Assembly (NCBI GenBank): GCA_963695545.1
Contig: OY968796.1
Span: 3,936,001-4,000,000, forward strand
DNA: 64,000 nucleotides
Source of the DNA: Terriglobia bacterium
GTDB taxonomy: Bacteria; Acidobacteriota; Terriglobia; Acidiferrales; UBA7541
Reading direction: 5' to 3'
Shown: one piece after another, positions 19,893 to 31,072 of the stretch
How the letters are laid out: each line of letters opens with the position of its first letter
Position numbering within the stretch: the stretch's first letter is position 1
Notes under the pieces: generated by a model
Told to the model about the DNA's origin: nothing
What the model saw: the letters and a program-made list of their open reading frames with translations, nothing else
The model's database searches: none
Program-made: the position numbers and the translations under genes

Positions 19893-20810
19893 TTATTGCT
19901 TCACGGCCGCTTGCTCAGCCGGCACAGCGCGCGCGGCCGTTCCGCTTTCCGGATTCACCACGACTTGGCGCGCGAAGCGCAGATCAACGGAATCGACGCG
20001 GCCCGCGGTGGTGCGCCATTGATCGATATTTTCGACGAGCAGGCGGTAGCGATTCGCGAAATCGGAATCGCCGAAATGCACGAGCACGGGATCGGAGCCG
20101 AGGCCGACCATGGAAGCGCGAATGTCCTGCGCGTCGGAAAGATCGGCTTCGCTCACCTGATCGTCGGCATTCGGGCGAACCGTCTGAATCTCGTTCAAAA
20201 ACTCGGAGAAATTTTGCATGCGTTGCTCGCGGTCCGCGGGCGCGAGATCGTCGGATATTCCGCCGACGACCGGAAAATGAAAATCGGCTTCGAGCGGCCG
20301 CTCGAGGATCACGCCGTGCGCATCGATCAGGGCGAGATCGTCCGGCAGGCGCAAAAACGCGATGGGCACGCGCTCGGTCAGCTCCACACGAATGCGATTC
20401 GGCAGCACGCGCTGAAGGACGGCGGATTCGACCCAGGGCATGGCGTCCAATTCCCGGCGGCGCGCGTCGAGGGGAATGCGCAAAATGCTGTGGCCGAGAT
20501 CGGGCTCAAAGACGGAGGTTACGGCGGAAGCGGACACGAATCGATTGCCGGTGATTTCAACTTGATCGAGGCTCGCGAGCGCTACGCGCGGAGAGAAAAG
20601 CAGAAAATACGCCGCTGCGCCGAACGCGAAGCCACCAGCCAGTGTGATCGCCACTCCCGCAAGCACTCGTCTATAAACCGGCCAGCTCTTCTTACCAAAT
20701 TTCGGGCCGAAATTCCGGCGGCGCACTTCTACCGGCTTCTGCCGCCGCAGATACTTCGGCTCTTCTTCGGCGAGCGCTTCCGGCAGAAAAGCATCCTGCT
20801 CTTTTTCCAT
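19893..20810 (-). CDS. ftsQ: Cell division protein FtsQ/DivIB
   Basis: TM, POTRA (PWVESAVLQRVLPNRIRVELTERVP), VDLRF; position before ftsA. Confidence 0.92.
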   Translation of the reverse strand: MEKEQDAFLPEALAEEEPKYLRRQKPVEVRRRNFGPKFGKKSWPVYRRVLAGVAITLAGGFAFGAAAYFLLFSPRVALASLDQVEITGNRFVSASAVTSVFEPDLGHSILRIPLDARRRELDAMPWVESAVLQRVLPNRIRVELTERVPIAFLRLPDDLALIDAHGVILERPLEADFHFPVVGGISDDLAPADREQRMQNFSEFLNEIQTVRPNADDQVSEADLSDAQDIRASMVGLGSDPVLVHFGDSDFANRYRLLVENIDQWRTTAGRVDSVDLRFARQVVVNPESGTAARAVPAEQAAVKQ

Positions 20811-20815
20811 GACGC

Positions 20816-21724
20816 TCAAGCCTTCCACACGATGACTTCTTCTTCGAGCGCAACGCCCGAGGCGCGGCGCACGCGCTCGCGAACCTCGGAAATCAAACCC
20901 AGCATGTCGGCGGCGCTGGCGTGGCCGGCATTGACGAAAAAATTGGCGTGGCGGTCGCTGACGCGCGCGTCGCCGACGGCGAAACCCTTCAAGCCGAGTT
21001 CATCAATCATTCTTCCGGCGGAAAAGCCGGGCGGATTTTTGAAAATGCAGCCGGCGCTCTTTTGATTCAGGGGCTGACTGGCGCGGCGTTTCTGATTGCA
21101 GATGCGAATTCCTTCGAGGATTTCAGAGTACGGCTTGGAGGGAAGCTCGAGTTTCACCGAAAGCATAATATCATCGGGCGCAAAGGAAGTGTGGCGGTAT
21201 TCAAACGAAATTTCAGAGCCGCGCAGGGTCTGGATGCGGCCGCGGCCGGATTGAAACACCTCAACCTCACGCACGTACGAACCGATTTGCGTGCCGTAAG
21301 CTCCGGCGTTCATGCGCAGCGCGCCGCCCACGCTGCCGGGCACGCCGATTAGGCCTTCCATGCCGCCGAGGTCGCGCTTGGCGCAGGTGGTGACGGTGCG
21401 CCCCAAATCCGCCGCAGCGTCGACCCAAACCGAAGTGCCGTCGAAGCGCCACTCGGGTTCCTGGCGCGCGAGCTGCAGAATTACCCAAGGCAATTCGCCG
21501 TCGTCGATAAGCACATTGCTGCCGCCGCCGAGAAAGCGATGCGGAATTCCAGCGGCGTCGAGCAGCGCCACGAGATCCGGAAGCGAGGCGTGCCGGCGAA
21601 CGAGCAGGACGTCGGTCGTGCCGCCGATGCCGAGCGATGTGCGTTCGGCGAGAGAGGCGCCGGAGAAATGTTGGATCTCGAGCTCGGCGAAGGCTGCGAG
21701 AAGTTTCGGGTCAGTGATCCGCAT
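20816..21724 (-). CDS. murB: UDP-N-acetylenolpyruvoylglucosamine reductase
   Basis: [40 protein letters not shown]. Confidence 0.97.
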   Translation of the reverse strand: MRITDPKLLAAFAELEIQHFSGASLAERTSLGIGGTTDVLLVRRHASLPDLVALLDAAGIPHRFLGGGSNVLIDDGELPWVILQLARQEPEWRFDGTSVWVDAAADLGRTVTTCAKRDLGGMEGLIGVPGSVGGALRMNAGAYGTQIGSYVREVEVFQSGRGRIQTLRGSEISFEYRHTSFAPDDIMLSVKLELPSKPYSEILEGIRICNQKRRASQPLNQKSAGCIFKNPPGFSAGRMIDELGLKGFAVGDARVSDRHANFFVNAGHASAADMLGLISEVRERVRRASGVALEEEVIVWKA

Positions 21725-23132
21725 TATTCACGACTTTCGCGTGACGATCCGCAGCCGGCACTCCGAGGGCGAGAGCCAATTCGTCCGCCGCGCGGCCCAC
21801 ACTGCCGGCGCCGATGGTGAGGATGGCGTCGCCGGGACGCGCAGCGGAGAGAAGGGCGTCAATCCCCTCTTGCAGCGTGCTGCGATACAGAACCTGCGCG
21901 TGGCCGGCCGCGCGGATTGCGGCGGCTAGGGCTTCGCTTGTGACGCCAGAAATCGGCGACTCGCTTGCGGCGTAAATGTCGGCGAGGACCAGGAGATCGG
22001 CGCGATCGAACGCGTGGCAAAAATCGTCCCAGAGATATTTCGTGCGCGTGTAACGATGCGGCTGGAACAGCACCAGCAGGCGCTTATAGCCGCGCGCGGC
22101 TTCGAGCGTGGCGCGAATTTCGGCGGGGTGATGACCGTAATCGTCGATCACGGTAATACCGCCGGCAACGGCTTTCACTTCAAAGCGCCGGCCCACGCCG
22201 GTGAACGCGGCCAAACCTTCGCGGATGACATCGGACGAAATGTCGAGATAGAGCCCGACGGCGACGGCTGCGGCGGCATTGCGCACATTGTGCAGGCCAG
22301 GCGGACCATGCAGAGCGAAAAGGCCCAGGTCCTGGCCGCGAAACGTAAGGCGGAAGCTGCTTCGAAGCCCGTCGAGTTCGACTTGGCTGACGACGAGATC
22401 GGCTTGCGCCGAAGTGCCGTAGGTGATCACGGTGCGATGAACCTGCGGAAGAATCGCGCGCACGTTTGGTTCGTCGAAGCACAGAATCGCAGCCCCATAA
22501 AAAGGAACGCGATTCACGAATTGCGTGAACACTTGCTGGATTTCCTCGAGCGATGTGTAGTGGTCCAGATGCTCGCGATCGATGTTGGTGACGACGGCGA
22601 CGGCCGGCGAGAGCAGCAGAAACGAGCGATCGCTTTCGTCGGCCTCGACGACCATGTAATCGCCGCGGCCGAGGCGCGCGGTGGTACCCGCATGGTTTAC
22701 GCGGCCACCGACGACAAACGTGGGATCGACACCAGCAGCGGCCAGCACCGAAGCGATCATCGAAGTGGTGGTGGTTTTACCGTGCGCTCCGGCAACGGCG
22801 ACGCCGTATTTCAGGCGCATCAGTTCGGCCAGCATTTCGGCGCGCGGGATGACGGGAATTTTCAGGCGCGCGGCTTCGACCAGCTCGGGATTGTCGCGGC
22901 GAATCGCGGCGGACGCGACAACCACGTTCGCGCCGCGCACGTTTTCCGCGCTGTGGCCCTCGCTGATTTGCGCGCCGAGAAGCTGCAAGCGCTCGGTGAT
23001 CGGAGAAGCCTTCGCGTCGGATCCGGAAACGGTGTAGCCGAGCGTTAGCAGGACTTCGGCGATGCCGCTCATGCCGATGCCGCCGATGCCGACGAAGTGG
23101 ATGCGGCGGAATTTATGAAATGCGCCGGTCAT
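21711..23132 (-). CDS. murC: UDP-N-acetylmuramate--L-alanine ligase
   Basis: [41 protein letters not shown]. Confidence 0.98.
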   Translation of the reverse strand: MTGAFHKFRRIHFVGIGGIGMSGIAEVLLTLGYTVSGSDAKASPITERLQLLGAQISEGHSAENVRGANVVVASAAIRRDNPELVEAARLKIPVIPRAEMLAELMRLKYGVAVAGAHGKTTTTSMIASVLAAAGVDPTFVVGGRVNHAGTTARLGRGDYMVVEADESDRSFLLLSPAVAVVTNIDREHLDHYTSLEEIQQVFTQFVNRVPFYGAAILCFDEPNVRAILPQVHRTVITYGTSAQADLVVSQVELDGLRSSFRLTFRGQDLGLFALHGPPGLHNVRNAAAAVAVGLYLDISSDVIREGLAAFTGVGRRFEVKAVAGGITVIDDYGHHPAEIRATLEAARGYKRLLVLFQPHRYTRTKYLWDDFCHAFDRADLLVLADIYAASESPISGVTSEALAAAIRAAGHAQVLYRSTLQEGIDALLSAARPGDAILTIGAGSVGRAADELALALGVPAADRHAKVVNNADH

Positions 23133-24223
23133 GCCCGCGCCGCCTGTTCGATCACGTTCACCACATCGCGCGCGGCATTGGGCCGTGCCATGCTGCGGGC
23201 GCGCGCGCCCATATCGACAAGCTGCTGGGGGTGATCGAGCAACGAGAAAATAGTCTGCGCAAGGTGCGCGGGCGATAACGCAGATTCCAGTATCAATCGC
23301 GCGGCGCCGGCGCGCTCGAATTCCTGCGCGTTGCGCAATTGGTGGCTATCGGCGGCAGCGCCGAAGGGGATGAAGATGGCGGCGCGCCCGGCGGCGGCGA
23401 TTTCAGAAGAGGTGATGGCGCCGGCGCGGGAAACGATCAGGTGAGCCTGGGAGAAGCGTTCGGCCATGTCGCCGATGAACGGCACAACCTCCGCGTCAAG
23501 ATCGCGGCCTTCATACGCCGCGCGAATATCATTATAGTCGCGCGGGCCGGTCTGGTGAACGATGGAAAGTTGATTGCGGCGCGCACTGAGCACATCGAGT
23601 GCGCCGACGACGGCGCGATTGATAGCGCGCGCACCTTGGCTGCCGCCAGTGATGAGCAAGCGGAAGGGCGCAGCCGGCTCGACGGGCTGCGCGCGAAAAA
23701 ATTCCGCGCGCACCGGACAACCGGTGAGCACGGCTTTGCGGCCCAGGCGCTCGGCCGGCTCGGCGTAAGCGGTAGCCACGCGCGTGACCATCGCGGCCAG
23801 AACGCGATTGGTGAAGCCGGGTTCGGCATTGGGTTCCAAAATCACCGTCGGTAAACCCTTCCAAATCGCGGCTAACATTACTGGTCCCGCGGCGTAGCCG
23901 CCCACGCCGAACGCCGCGGCAAATTTATGGCGCCGCAGAATCGCGGCGGAATCCCACAACCCGAGCGGCAAGAGCGAAAAATTTCGCACCAGCGTCAAAC
24001 CACCCATACCCTTCCATCCGGCCGAACGAATCAATTCCAGCGGCAGGCCCGACGCCGGAACGAGTTTTGTTTCCAGGCCGTGCGCGGTGCCCGCGAAAAT
24101 CACCGTGCGATCCGCGCCGCGCGCCATCCACTCGCGCGCGATGGCCAGCGCCGGAAAAACGTGACCTCCTGTGCCGCCTCCCGCGACGAGCAGATTCAAG
24201 TTCGTCGCCTCCGCGCCAGACAT
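23129..24223 (-). CDS. murG: Lipid II N-acetylglucosaminyltransferase
   Basis: [30 protein letters not shown]. Confidence 0.97.
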   Translation of the reverse strand: MSGAEATNLNLLVAGGGTGGHVFPALAIAREWMARGADRTVIFAGTAHGLETKLVPASGLPLELIRSAGWKGMGGLTLVRNFSLLPLGLWDSAAILRRHKFAAAFGVGGYAAGPVMLAAIWKGLPTVILEPNAEPGFTNRVLAAMVTRVATAYAEPAERLGRKAVLTGCPVRAEFFRAQPVEPAAPFRLLITGGSQGARAINRAVVGALDVLSARRNQLSIVHQTGPRDYNDIRAAYEGRDLDAEVVPFIGDMAERFSQAHLIVSRAGAITSSEIAAAGRAAIFIPFGAAADSHQLRNAQEFERAGAARLILESALSPAHLAQTIFSLLDHPQQLVDMGARARSMARPNAARDVVNVIEQAARA

Positions 24224-25327
24224 TCAATCCGCGTGCTGGCTGATGTTGAGAAGCACGCCGGTGGCCAATAACACGACGAGCAAACTCGATCCGCCATAGC
24301 TGATGAACGGCAGCGGGATTCCTTTCGTCGGCATCATGCCCAGCACCACGCCGAGATTAATCAGCGCCTGGCTGATGACCATCACGGTGATGCCCAGCGC
24401 CACGAGACGGCCGAACATATCGGGCGCGTTGAGCGCGGCGCGAATGCCGCGCCAGCCGTAGACCGCAAACAGGCCGAGCACGATGATCGCGCCGAGGAAA
24501 CCAAGTTCCTCGCAAATGACCGCGAAGATGAAGTCCGTGCTGGCCTCGGGCAGATAGAACAGTTTTTGCTTGCTCTCCATCAGACCGACGCCGGTCAGCC
24601 CGCCCGAACCCACCGCGATCAACGATTGTATCAGTTGAAAGCCGCGGCCCTGCGGATCGGCCGAGGGATTTAGGAACGCGATGACCCGCTCGTAGCGATA
24701 CCGCGTGTCCACGATCAGCAGGACCACGGAAAAAGCCGCGCACGCGCTCGCGCCGCCTACATAGCTCCAGGAAAGCCCGGCGGCGAACAGCAACGCAAAC
24801 GCCACGATGACAATTTGTACGGCTGTACCGAGGTCCGGCTCGAAAACCACCAGACACGCGAGCGCGACAACCGGCCCGACCGCGGGCAGCAGCGAGTGGC
24901 GCCAATCGTTCACGCCGGGGCCGTGGCCTTGAAGCCTCAGCTCGAGAAACCAAGCGAGATAAAAAATGATCACTAGCTTTGCGAACTCCGAGGGCTGGAG
25001 GCTCGCGGGTCCGATGCGAATCCAGCGGTGCGTCGCGTGCGAGCGGTCAAGAAAGAAAACTCCGACGAGCAGAAGCATTACCACGAACATTCCGGTGAAC
25101 AGGAACGACGGATTCCGGAATTTTCGATAATCGACATTCATCAACAGCAGCATTCCCGCCAGGCCCGCGAACAGCCAGATTGCCTGGCGCAGCAGAAAAT
25201 GGTAGCTGCTGCCGAACTGCTCGCGCGCCGTCATGGCCGAGGCGCTGAAGACCATCACGGCGCCGATCAGACAGAGTGCGACGGTCGCAAGGAAAAGCCA
25301 GCGGTCGGTTTCGAGGCGTCGTGGCAT
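24224..25327 (-). CDS. ftsW: SEDS peptidoglycan polymerase FtsW
   Basis: RWI, QPSEFAK, EPDLGT, LPEASTDFIF, PFISYGGSS. Confidence 0.96.
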   Translation of the reverse strand: MPRRLETDRWLFLATVALCLIGAVMVFSASAMTAREQFGSSYHFLLRQAIWLFAGLAGMLLLMNVDYRKFRNPSFLFTGMFVVMLLLVGVFFLDRSHATHRWIRIGPASLQPSEFAKLVIIFYLAWFLELRLQGHGPGVNDWRHSLLPAVGPVVALACLVVFEPDLGTAVQIVIVAFALLFAAGLSWSYVGGASACAAFSVVLLIVDTRYRYERVIAFLNPSADPQGRGFQLIQSLIAVGSGGLTGVGLMESKQKLFYLPEASTDFIFAVICEELGFLGAIIVLGLFAVYGWRGIRAALNAPDMFGRLVALGITVMVISQALINLGVVLGMMPTKGIPLPFISYGGSSLLVVLLATGVLLNISQHAD

Positions 25328-25329
25328 GG

Positions 25330-26730
25330 TCAGGTCTTGGGCGCGACTTCGTTCGCCGCCGCGGTAGCGCTGTCCGCCAAATGGCGCACGATCTGCTTGA
25401 AAACGTGGCCGCGATGCTCGTAATTCTTGAACTGATCGAAGCTGGCGCAAGCCGGCGCAAGCAAAACGGTTTCACCCGGGCGCGCGCTTTCCGATGCGAG
25501 TGCGATAGCGCGCTCGAGTGTGCCGGCATGAACCACCGGAACGGCGCCGCGCAGTTGCGATTCAATTTTTTCCGCCGCCGCGCCGATCAAAAGAACCTTG
25601 CGCGCTCGCTCGCGCAAGGACTTGCGCAAAATTCCATAATCGCTGCCTTTGTCCTTGCCGCCGAGAATCACCAAGAGGCCCGTGGGAAAAGCGTCGAGGG
25701 CTTTGAGCGTGGCGTCGACGTTTGTCGCTTTGGAATCGTTGAAGTAGCTAACGCCTCCAATTTCGGCCACGAATTCCAGGCGATGCTCCACACCGGCGAA
25801 TGTGCTGACGCCGGCCGCGACGGCCGACGGCGTCGCGCCGACCAGGAGAGCCGCGCACGCGGCGGCCAGAATGTTTTCGACGTTGTGCTCGCCGCGAAGA
25901 CCGATTTCGCCACGCCGCATCAAGACGGTCTCAGTGCCGTCGCGGCGGAAAATGACTTCGTCGCCGCGCAGAAATGCGCCGCTCGAGACATGCTTCGTTC
26001 TGCTGAACCAATAAACCTGCGGGCGCGAAGGCGCATACTGCGTAACGTTCGAGTCATCGGCGTTGAGCACCGCGGCGTCCTGCTCGGTTTGATTCTCAAA
26101 CATGCGCGCTTTGGCACGGCTGTAGGCTTCAAACGACGCGTGGCGATCCAGATGGTCCGGCGTGAGATTCAACAGGACGCCAACGTCGGGCCGCAAATCA
26201 CGAATGCTCTCGAGCTGAAAACTGCTGACTTCGGTCACAGTAATGGTCAAGTCGCTGCTTTCGCCGACACGCGAAATCAGCGGCGTCCCGATGTTGCCGG
26301 CGACGATCACCGGCACGCCCGCCGATTCCAGGATGTGCGCAACCAGCGATGTTGTGGTGGTCTTGCCATTCGAGCCGGTGATGGCCACCATGCGCCCGCG
26401 CAGGAAGCGCCAGGCGAGTTCGATTTCGCTCCAAATCGGAATGTTCTCGGCGCGAGCCGCGGCCAGTTGCGGCAAGTCCAGCGGAACGCCGGGGCTCGGC
26501 ACGATCAAATCCTGTTCGACGAATGTGCGCTCGGTGTGGCCGCCGAATTCGAGCGTGCAACCCGCGGCGCGCAGCTTTTCCGCGGCCTCGGCCACTTCGC
26601 TTTCGGGCCGTTCTTCGCTGGCGGTGACGCGCGCGCCGTGCGCGGCGCAGAACAGCCCCGTGGCGATGCCCGTGCGCGCGAGTCCCACTACCAGAACGCG
26701 CTTGCCCGTGAGATCGATAGCCGGCTTCAA
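25330..26730 (-). CDS. murD: UDP-MurNAc-L-Ala--D-glutamate ligase
   Basis: VPSPG, TGSNGKTTT, EVSSFQL, DHLDRH, NDSKATN, PACASFD. Confidence 0.98.
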   Translation of the reverse strand: MKPAIDLTGKRVLVVGLARTGIATGLFCAAHGARVTASEERPESEVAEAAEKLRAAGCTLEFGGHTERTFVEQDLIVPSPGVPLDLPQLAAARAENIPIWSEIELAWRFLRGRMVAITGSNGKTTTTSLVAHILESAGVPVIVAGNIGTPLISRVGESSDLTITVTEVSSFQLESIRDLRPDVGVLLNLTPDHLDRHASFEAYSRAKARMFENQTEQDAAVLNADDSNVTQYAPSRPQVYWFSRTKHVSSGAFLRGDEVIFRRDGTETVLMRRGEIGLRGEHNVENILAAACAALLVGATPSAVAAGVSTFAGVEHRLEFVAEIGGVSYFNDSKATNVDATLKALDAFPTGLLVILGGKDKGSDYGILRKSLRERARKVLLIGAAAEKIESQLRGAVPVVHAGTLERAIALASESARPGETVLLAPACASFDQFKNYEHRGHVFKQIVRHLADSATAAANEVAPKT

Positions 26731-26734
26731 ATTT

Positions 26735-27868
26735 CTACCTCAGTTTCAGCGTGGTCAGCGAGAACAGCGCGAAGACCAGCGCGGCGATCCAGAATCGCAC
26801 GATGATCTTCGATTCGCTCCAGCCCAGCATTTCAAAATGATGGTGCAGCGGGGCCATGCGAAAAATGCGCTTCCCCGTCAGGCGAAATGACGCGACTTGC
26901 ATGATCACGGACATGGCTTCGAGCACGAAAACTCCGCCGACAGAAACGAGCAAAATTTCCTGCTTGATGGCCACGGCGACGAAGCCGATCGAGCCGCCGA
27001 GCGCGAGCGAACCGACGTCGCCCATGAAAATTTCGGCGGGATGCGCGTTGTACCAGAGAAATCCAAGTGAAGCGCCGACCAGCGCACCGCAGAAAACAGT
27101 CAACTCGCCGACTTGCGGCAAATGCTGGATATCGAGGTACGCGGAAAAACCGGCGTGGCTGGTGATGTAAGTGAGTACGGTGAGCGCGCCCGCGGCCACC
27201 ACCACGCAGCCGATTGCGAGGCCGTCGAGTCCGTCGGTGAGATTCACCGCGTTCGATGATCCTACGATCACAAGCGTGACGAACGCCAGGAACGGCAAAT
27301 ACGCGAACGTCGAAAGAAACCCGTGATGCGTCAGGCTGTGGATCACAAGATCGGGGTGAAATTTCTTGAAGAACGGAACGCTCAACTGCGTCGAATAGAC
27401 GCCGTCGCCGGTCAGCCAGAGCAGCGTGGTGGCCACAACTAAGCACACCACGATCTGCAGCGATGCCTTGAGGCTGGCGGTCAGACCAAGATTGTGACGG
27501 CGCACGACTTTAAGATAGTCGTCGATGAAGCCGATTGCGCCAAAACCAACAAGGGTAAACAGAGCGAGAAAAACGTACATATTGCTTAGATCGGCCCACA
27601 GCAGCGTGGGCACCGCGGTGGCCGCGACGATCAGCACGCCGCCCATTGTCGGCGTGCCGGCTTTGGCTTGATGGCTACGCGGTCCTTCTTCGCGGATGAA
27701 TTGCCCGATTTGCAATTCTCGCAGGCGGCGTACCACCCACGGGCCGAGCACGAGCGTCAGCAGCAGCGCCGTCAGGCTGGCGAGCGCCGTGCGCACAGTG
27801 ATGTAACGAAAAACGTTCAGCGGATGGAACGAGCGTGCGAGAACGCGGCCGAAGAGATCGTACAGCAT
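26735..27868 (-). CDS. mraY: Phospho-MurNAc-pentapeptide transferase
   Basis: KAGTPTMGG, NAVNLTDGLDGL, FMGDVGS, MAPLHHHFE. Confidence 0.98.
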   Translation of the reverse strand: MLYDLFGRVLARSFHPLNVFRYITVRTALASLTALLLTLVLGPWVVRRLRELQIGQFIREEGPRSHQAKAGTPTMGGVLIVAATAVPTLLWADLSNMYVFLALFTLVGFGAIGFIDDYLKVVRRHNLGLTASLKASLQIVVCLVVATTLLWLTGDGVYSTQLSVPFFKKFHPDLVIHSLTHHGFLSTFAYLPFLAFVTLVIVGSSNAVNLTDGLDGLAIGCVVVAAGALTVLTYITSHAGFSAYLDIQHLPQVGELTVFCGALVGASLGFLWYNAHPAEIFMGDVGSLALGGSIGFVAVAIKQEILLVSVGGVFVLEAMSVIMQVASFRLTGKRIFRMAPLHHHFEMLGWSESKIIVRFWIAALVFALFSLTTLKLR

Positions 27869-27869
27869 G

Positions 27870-29324
27870 CTAGCCGCGCTCCCCGGCGAATTTGCCCGCC
27901 GCGGGCGCGGGCGAGTGAGCTCCGTAGCGCGCTTCGAGAGCTTCGACCACGCGCTCTATGCGCACGCCCCGCGAGCCCTTCACGAGAATCAGATCGCCGG
28001 GCGCTGCGAGATCAACCACCGCGTGCGCCGCCTCCGTTGAATTCGGAAAAAATTCCGCGCGCGCGTCGGGCTGGCCCGCTTCGATTGCGCCGCGCACGAG
28101 TTCGAGCGCGTCGCCCTGCACGCCAATGATCCAGTCAATGCGGCCGGACAATGCGGCGCGGGTGCCGGATTCGCGGTGCAGCTCGGGCGAGCGCGGACCG
28201 AGCTCAAGCATTTCGCCGGCAACCAGAATTCGCCGGCTGGCCTCCGTCGCGGTCTCGAGCCATTCGACCATGGCTTCCAGCGCAACAGGATTCGAGTTGT
28301 AGGAATCGTTCATCACCGTGAATCCGGGCGCGAAATGCAGCAGACGCCCGCGCATGCCCGTTGGAACGAGCGTCGGAAACACGCGCGCTGCTTCGGCGGC
28401 GCCAACGCCCCAAACGCTTGCGGCCGCGAGCGCCGCAAGGGCGTTTGAAATGTTGTGGCGGCCAGCGAGCGGCAGTTCCAGGCGCGCGCGGCCTTCGGGC
28501 CAGATGAAATCAAACGCGCATCCTTCAAGGCCGCGATCTTCGATCGCCTCGGCGCGAAATTGCGCGCGAGCCGCGCCGAGGCCGAAGCTGATCACGCGGC
28601 CCGGCGCGACGCGGGCAAATTCCGCGACGCGCGCGTCGTCTGCGTTAAGAACCGCCCAGCTCGCCCCGGCCGCTAAGCCTTCGATCAGTTCGCGCTTGGC
28701 GAGAGCGATCTGATCGACGGAATCGAAAAATTCAAGATGCACGGTGGCCACGCGCGTGACAACGCCGACGTCGGGCTGCGCGATTTCCGTCAAGCGCCGC
28801 AATTCACCCGCGTGCGACATCCCCAGCTCGACCACCGCGGCTTCGTATCGATCGTCAAGGCGCAGCAGCGTGAGCGGCAATCCGAATTCGTTGTTCAAAT
28901 TTCCTTCCGACTTCAGGACGTGCAGGCGCGCCGACAGCAGTGCCGCCAGGATTTCCTTTGTGGTCGTCTTTCCAACCGAGCCCGTGACTGCGGCCAGGCG
29001 TTTGCCCCAGCGCCGGCGCACGGCGTGGGCCAAATCCTGGAGCGCCGCCGTTGTGTCCGCAACTCCCAGCAGTCGGCCGCGGATCGTTTCCGGGTACGAG
29101 GCGACTCGATCACGCGCCACGATCGCGGCCATGGCTCCGGCATCGAGAGCGCCGGCCACAAAATCGTGTCCATCGTGACGCGGACCGTGTATCGCGACGA
29201 ACAATTCGCCGCGGCCCACGGCGCGAGAATCAATCGAGACGCCGGCCAGCCGCGCCAGGGCGTTGAGCCCGGCGGGCGGCGCAAGATCCAGTGCTTGAGC
29301 CACCTCTCCAATCGTCCACCGCAT
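27870..29324 (-). CDS. murF: UDP-MurNAc-tripeptide--D-Ala-D-Ala ligase
   Basis: SIDSR, TGSVGKTTTKE, GNLNNEFGLP, NDSYNSNP, GEMLELG, KGSRG. Confidence 0.97.
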   Translation of the reverse strand: MRWTIGEVAQALDLAPPAGLNALARLAGVSIDSRAVGRGELFVAIHGPRHDGHDFVAGALDAGAMAAIVARDRVASYPETIRGRLLGVADTTAALQDLAHAVRRRWGKRLAAVTGSVGKTTTKEILAALLSARLHVLKSEGNLNNEFGLPLTLLRLDDRYEAAVVELGMSHAGELRRLTEIAQPDVGVVTRVATVHLEFFDSVDQIALAKRELIEGLAAGASWAVLNADDARVAEFARVAPGRVISFGLGAARAQFRAEAIEDRGLEGCAFDFIWPEGRARLELPLAGRHNISNALAALAAASVWGVGAAEAARVFPTLVPTGMRGRLLHFAPGFTVMNDSYNSNPVALEAMVEWLETATEASRRILVAGEMLELGPRSPELHRESGTRAALSGRIDWIIGVQGDALELVRGAIEAGQPDARAEFFPNSTEAAHAVVDLAAPGDLILVKGSRGVRIERVVEALEARYGAHSPAPAAGKFAGERG

Positions 29325-29447
29325 AGTTTCCTCAGCGGGCCCAGTGTCACCGGTGCTTGTTCACCCCCGGTCGACGTTCATTCCACTTCGTACGACCCAA
29401 CTTCGATAGAGCACGGCGCGTGCCGCTGCGCCGCGAAAAATTCCGCG

Positions 29448-30926
29448 TTACACCGCGTAGCCGCTGCGCGCGAGCCAGCGCCGCGCCACTTCGCGGTCGT
29501 CGAACTCGATCGTGCGATCGCTCAAAACCTGATAATTTTCGTGGCCCTTCCCCGCGAGCAGAACGATGTCGCCAGCGCGCGCTTGTTCGAGCGCCAGGCC
29601 AATCGCGCGCTCGCGGTCCGGCTCGACGCGATACTCCGCCTCAGTGCGCTGCAATCCGACGAGGGCGTCATTAATGATGCGCAACGGATCTTCGCTGCGC
29701 GGATTGTCGCTCGTGAGCACCACGAAATCGCTCGCGCGCCCTGCGGCTTCGCCCATCATCGGGCGCTTCGCGCGATCGCGATCGCCGCCGCAGCCGAAAA
29801 GCGTCAGGATGCGGCCGCCGCCGGAGAGCAACTCGCGCGATGTCGCGAGCAAATTCGTTAGCGCGTCGTCGGTGTGCGCGTAATCCACGACGACCATAAA
29901 GGGTTGACCGGCAACCACGCGCTCGAAGCGTCCGGGCACCGATTCGAGGCGCGCAATTCCGGCTGCGATGGCGTCGGGTGCGATTTCGAGTCCCACGCCC
30001 GCGCCGATCGCCGCCAGAATGTTGTAGACGTTTGTGCGCCCCACCAGATGCGAGCGCACGACAATTGAGCCCGCGGGCGTCTCGGCCTCGAAATCCAAAC
30101 CGGCTGCGGTGAGTGAGAATTTGCGCGTGGTGATTTCGCCCGAGCGCAAACCGTAGCGCAGCGTGCGCGTCGCAAGACCTTCCAGCCGCTCGCCGTACGG
30201 ATCATCGCCGTTAATCACGCCAACGTGCGCGGGGCCTCTGCCGGTGCCTTCAAATAATCGGCGCTTGGCCGCGAAATACGCCTCGAACGATTTGTGATAG
30301 TCGAGGTGATCGCGCGTGAGATTCGTGAACACCGCGACGGCGAATCCGCAGCCCCACAAGCGATCCATCGCCAAGGCATGCGAACTTGCTTCGAGCACGG
30401 CATGCGTCCCGCCGGCGCGCACGATTTCGGAAAGAAATTTTTGCAGGTCGAGCGATTCCGGCGTGGTTGTTGTAGCCGCAACGGTCGCGAGCGGCGTGCG
30501 ATGCGCGATTGTGCCGAACAATCCCGATGTGCGCCCGGCCGCGCGCAGAATTGAATCGAGCAGATACGCTGTAGTGGTCTTGCCGTTCGTGCCGGTGACG
30601 CCGGCGAGTTGCAACGCGTCGGCCGGATGCCCGTAGAAATTCGCAGCGGCCAGGGCGAGAGATTTCCTCGCGTCAGCGACTTCCACCCAAGCAACGTTTG
30701 AGCCAAGCGTCGCGGGGCGAGCCGTCTCGCTGACCACCGCGGCGGCGCCGCGTTCGACAGCGGCGGCGACGAATCGATTTCCGTCGGTAACCTCGCCGCG
30801 AATCGCGAAAAACGCGGCGCCCGGAGCGGCGCGCCGGCTGTCGTAACAAGGAGCGACGATTTCGCGATCCGCGTCCACCAGCGGACGCTTCAGCTCGATG
30901 CCCTCCAGAAGCTGGCTGAGTTTCAT
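29448..30926 (-). CDS. murE: UDP-MurNAc-dipeptide--meso-DAP ligase
   Basis: TGTNGKTT, TTPE, DHLDYH, DYAHT, DNPR (mDAP specificity), GKGHE. Confidence 0.97.
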   Translation of the reverse strand: MKLSQLLEGIELKRPLVDADREIVAPCYDSRRAAPGAAFFAIRGEVTDGNRFVAAAVERGAAAVVSETARPATLGSNVAWVEVADARKSLALAAANFYGHPADALQLAGVTGTNGKTTTAYLLDSILRAAGRTSGLFGTIAHRTPLATVAATTTTPESLDLQKFLSEIVRAGGTHAVLEASSHALAMDRLWGCGFAVAVFTNLTRDHLDYHKSFEAYFAAKRRLFEGTGRGPAHVGVINGDDPYGERLEGLATRTLRYGLRSGEITTRKFSLTAAGLDFEAETPAGSIVVRSHLVGRTNVYNILAAIGAGVGLEIAPDAIAAGIARLESVPGRFERVVAGQPFMVVVDYAHTDDALTNLLATSRELLSGGGRILTLFGCGGDRDRAKRPMMGEAAGRASDFVVLTSDNPRSEDPLRIINDALVGLQRTEAEYRVEPDRERAIGLALEQARAGDIVLLAGKGHENYQVLSDRTIEFDDREVARRWLARSGYAV

Positions 30927-31072
30927 GCTTCGAGTAACGAGTATAGGTCCGCGCGACGCGCCGCTCAATTGCGGGGCCGCAAGCTGCGCCGGGGCATCGA
31001 GCACCGCACCGTTCGCGGAGCGTGTGCCGACGTGAGACGCGGCGCGCGGCGTCGAACGGCCGGCGCGCGACA

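Noticed and set aside
18888..21065. 725-aa plus-strand ORF and similar long ORFs opposite dcw genes
   Set aside because: Antisense shadows typical of high-GC coding DNA; the opposite strand carries clear genes.
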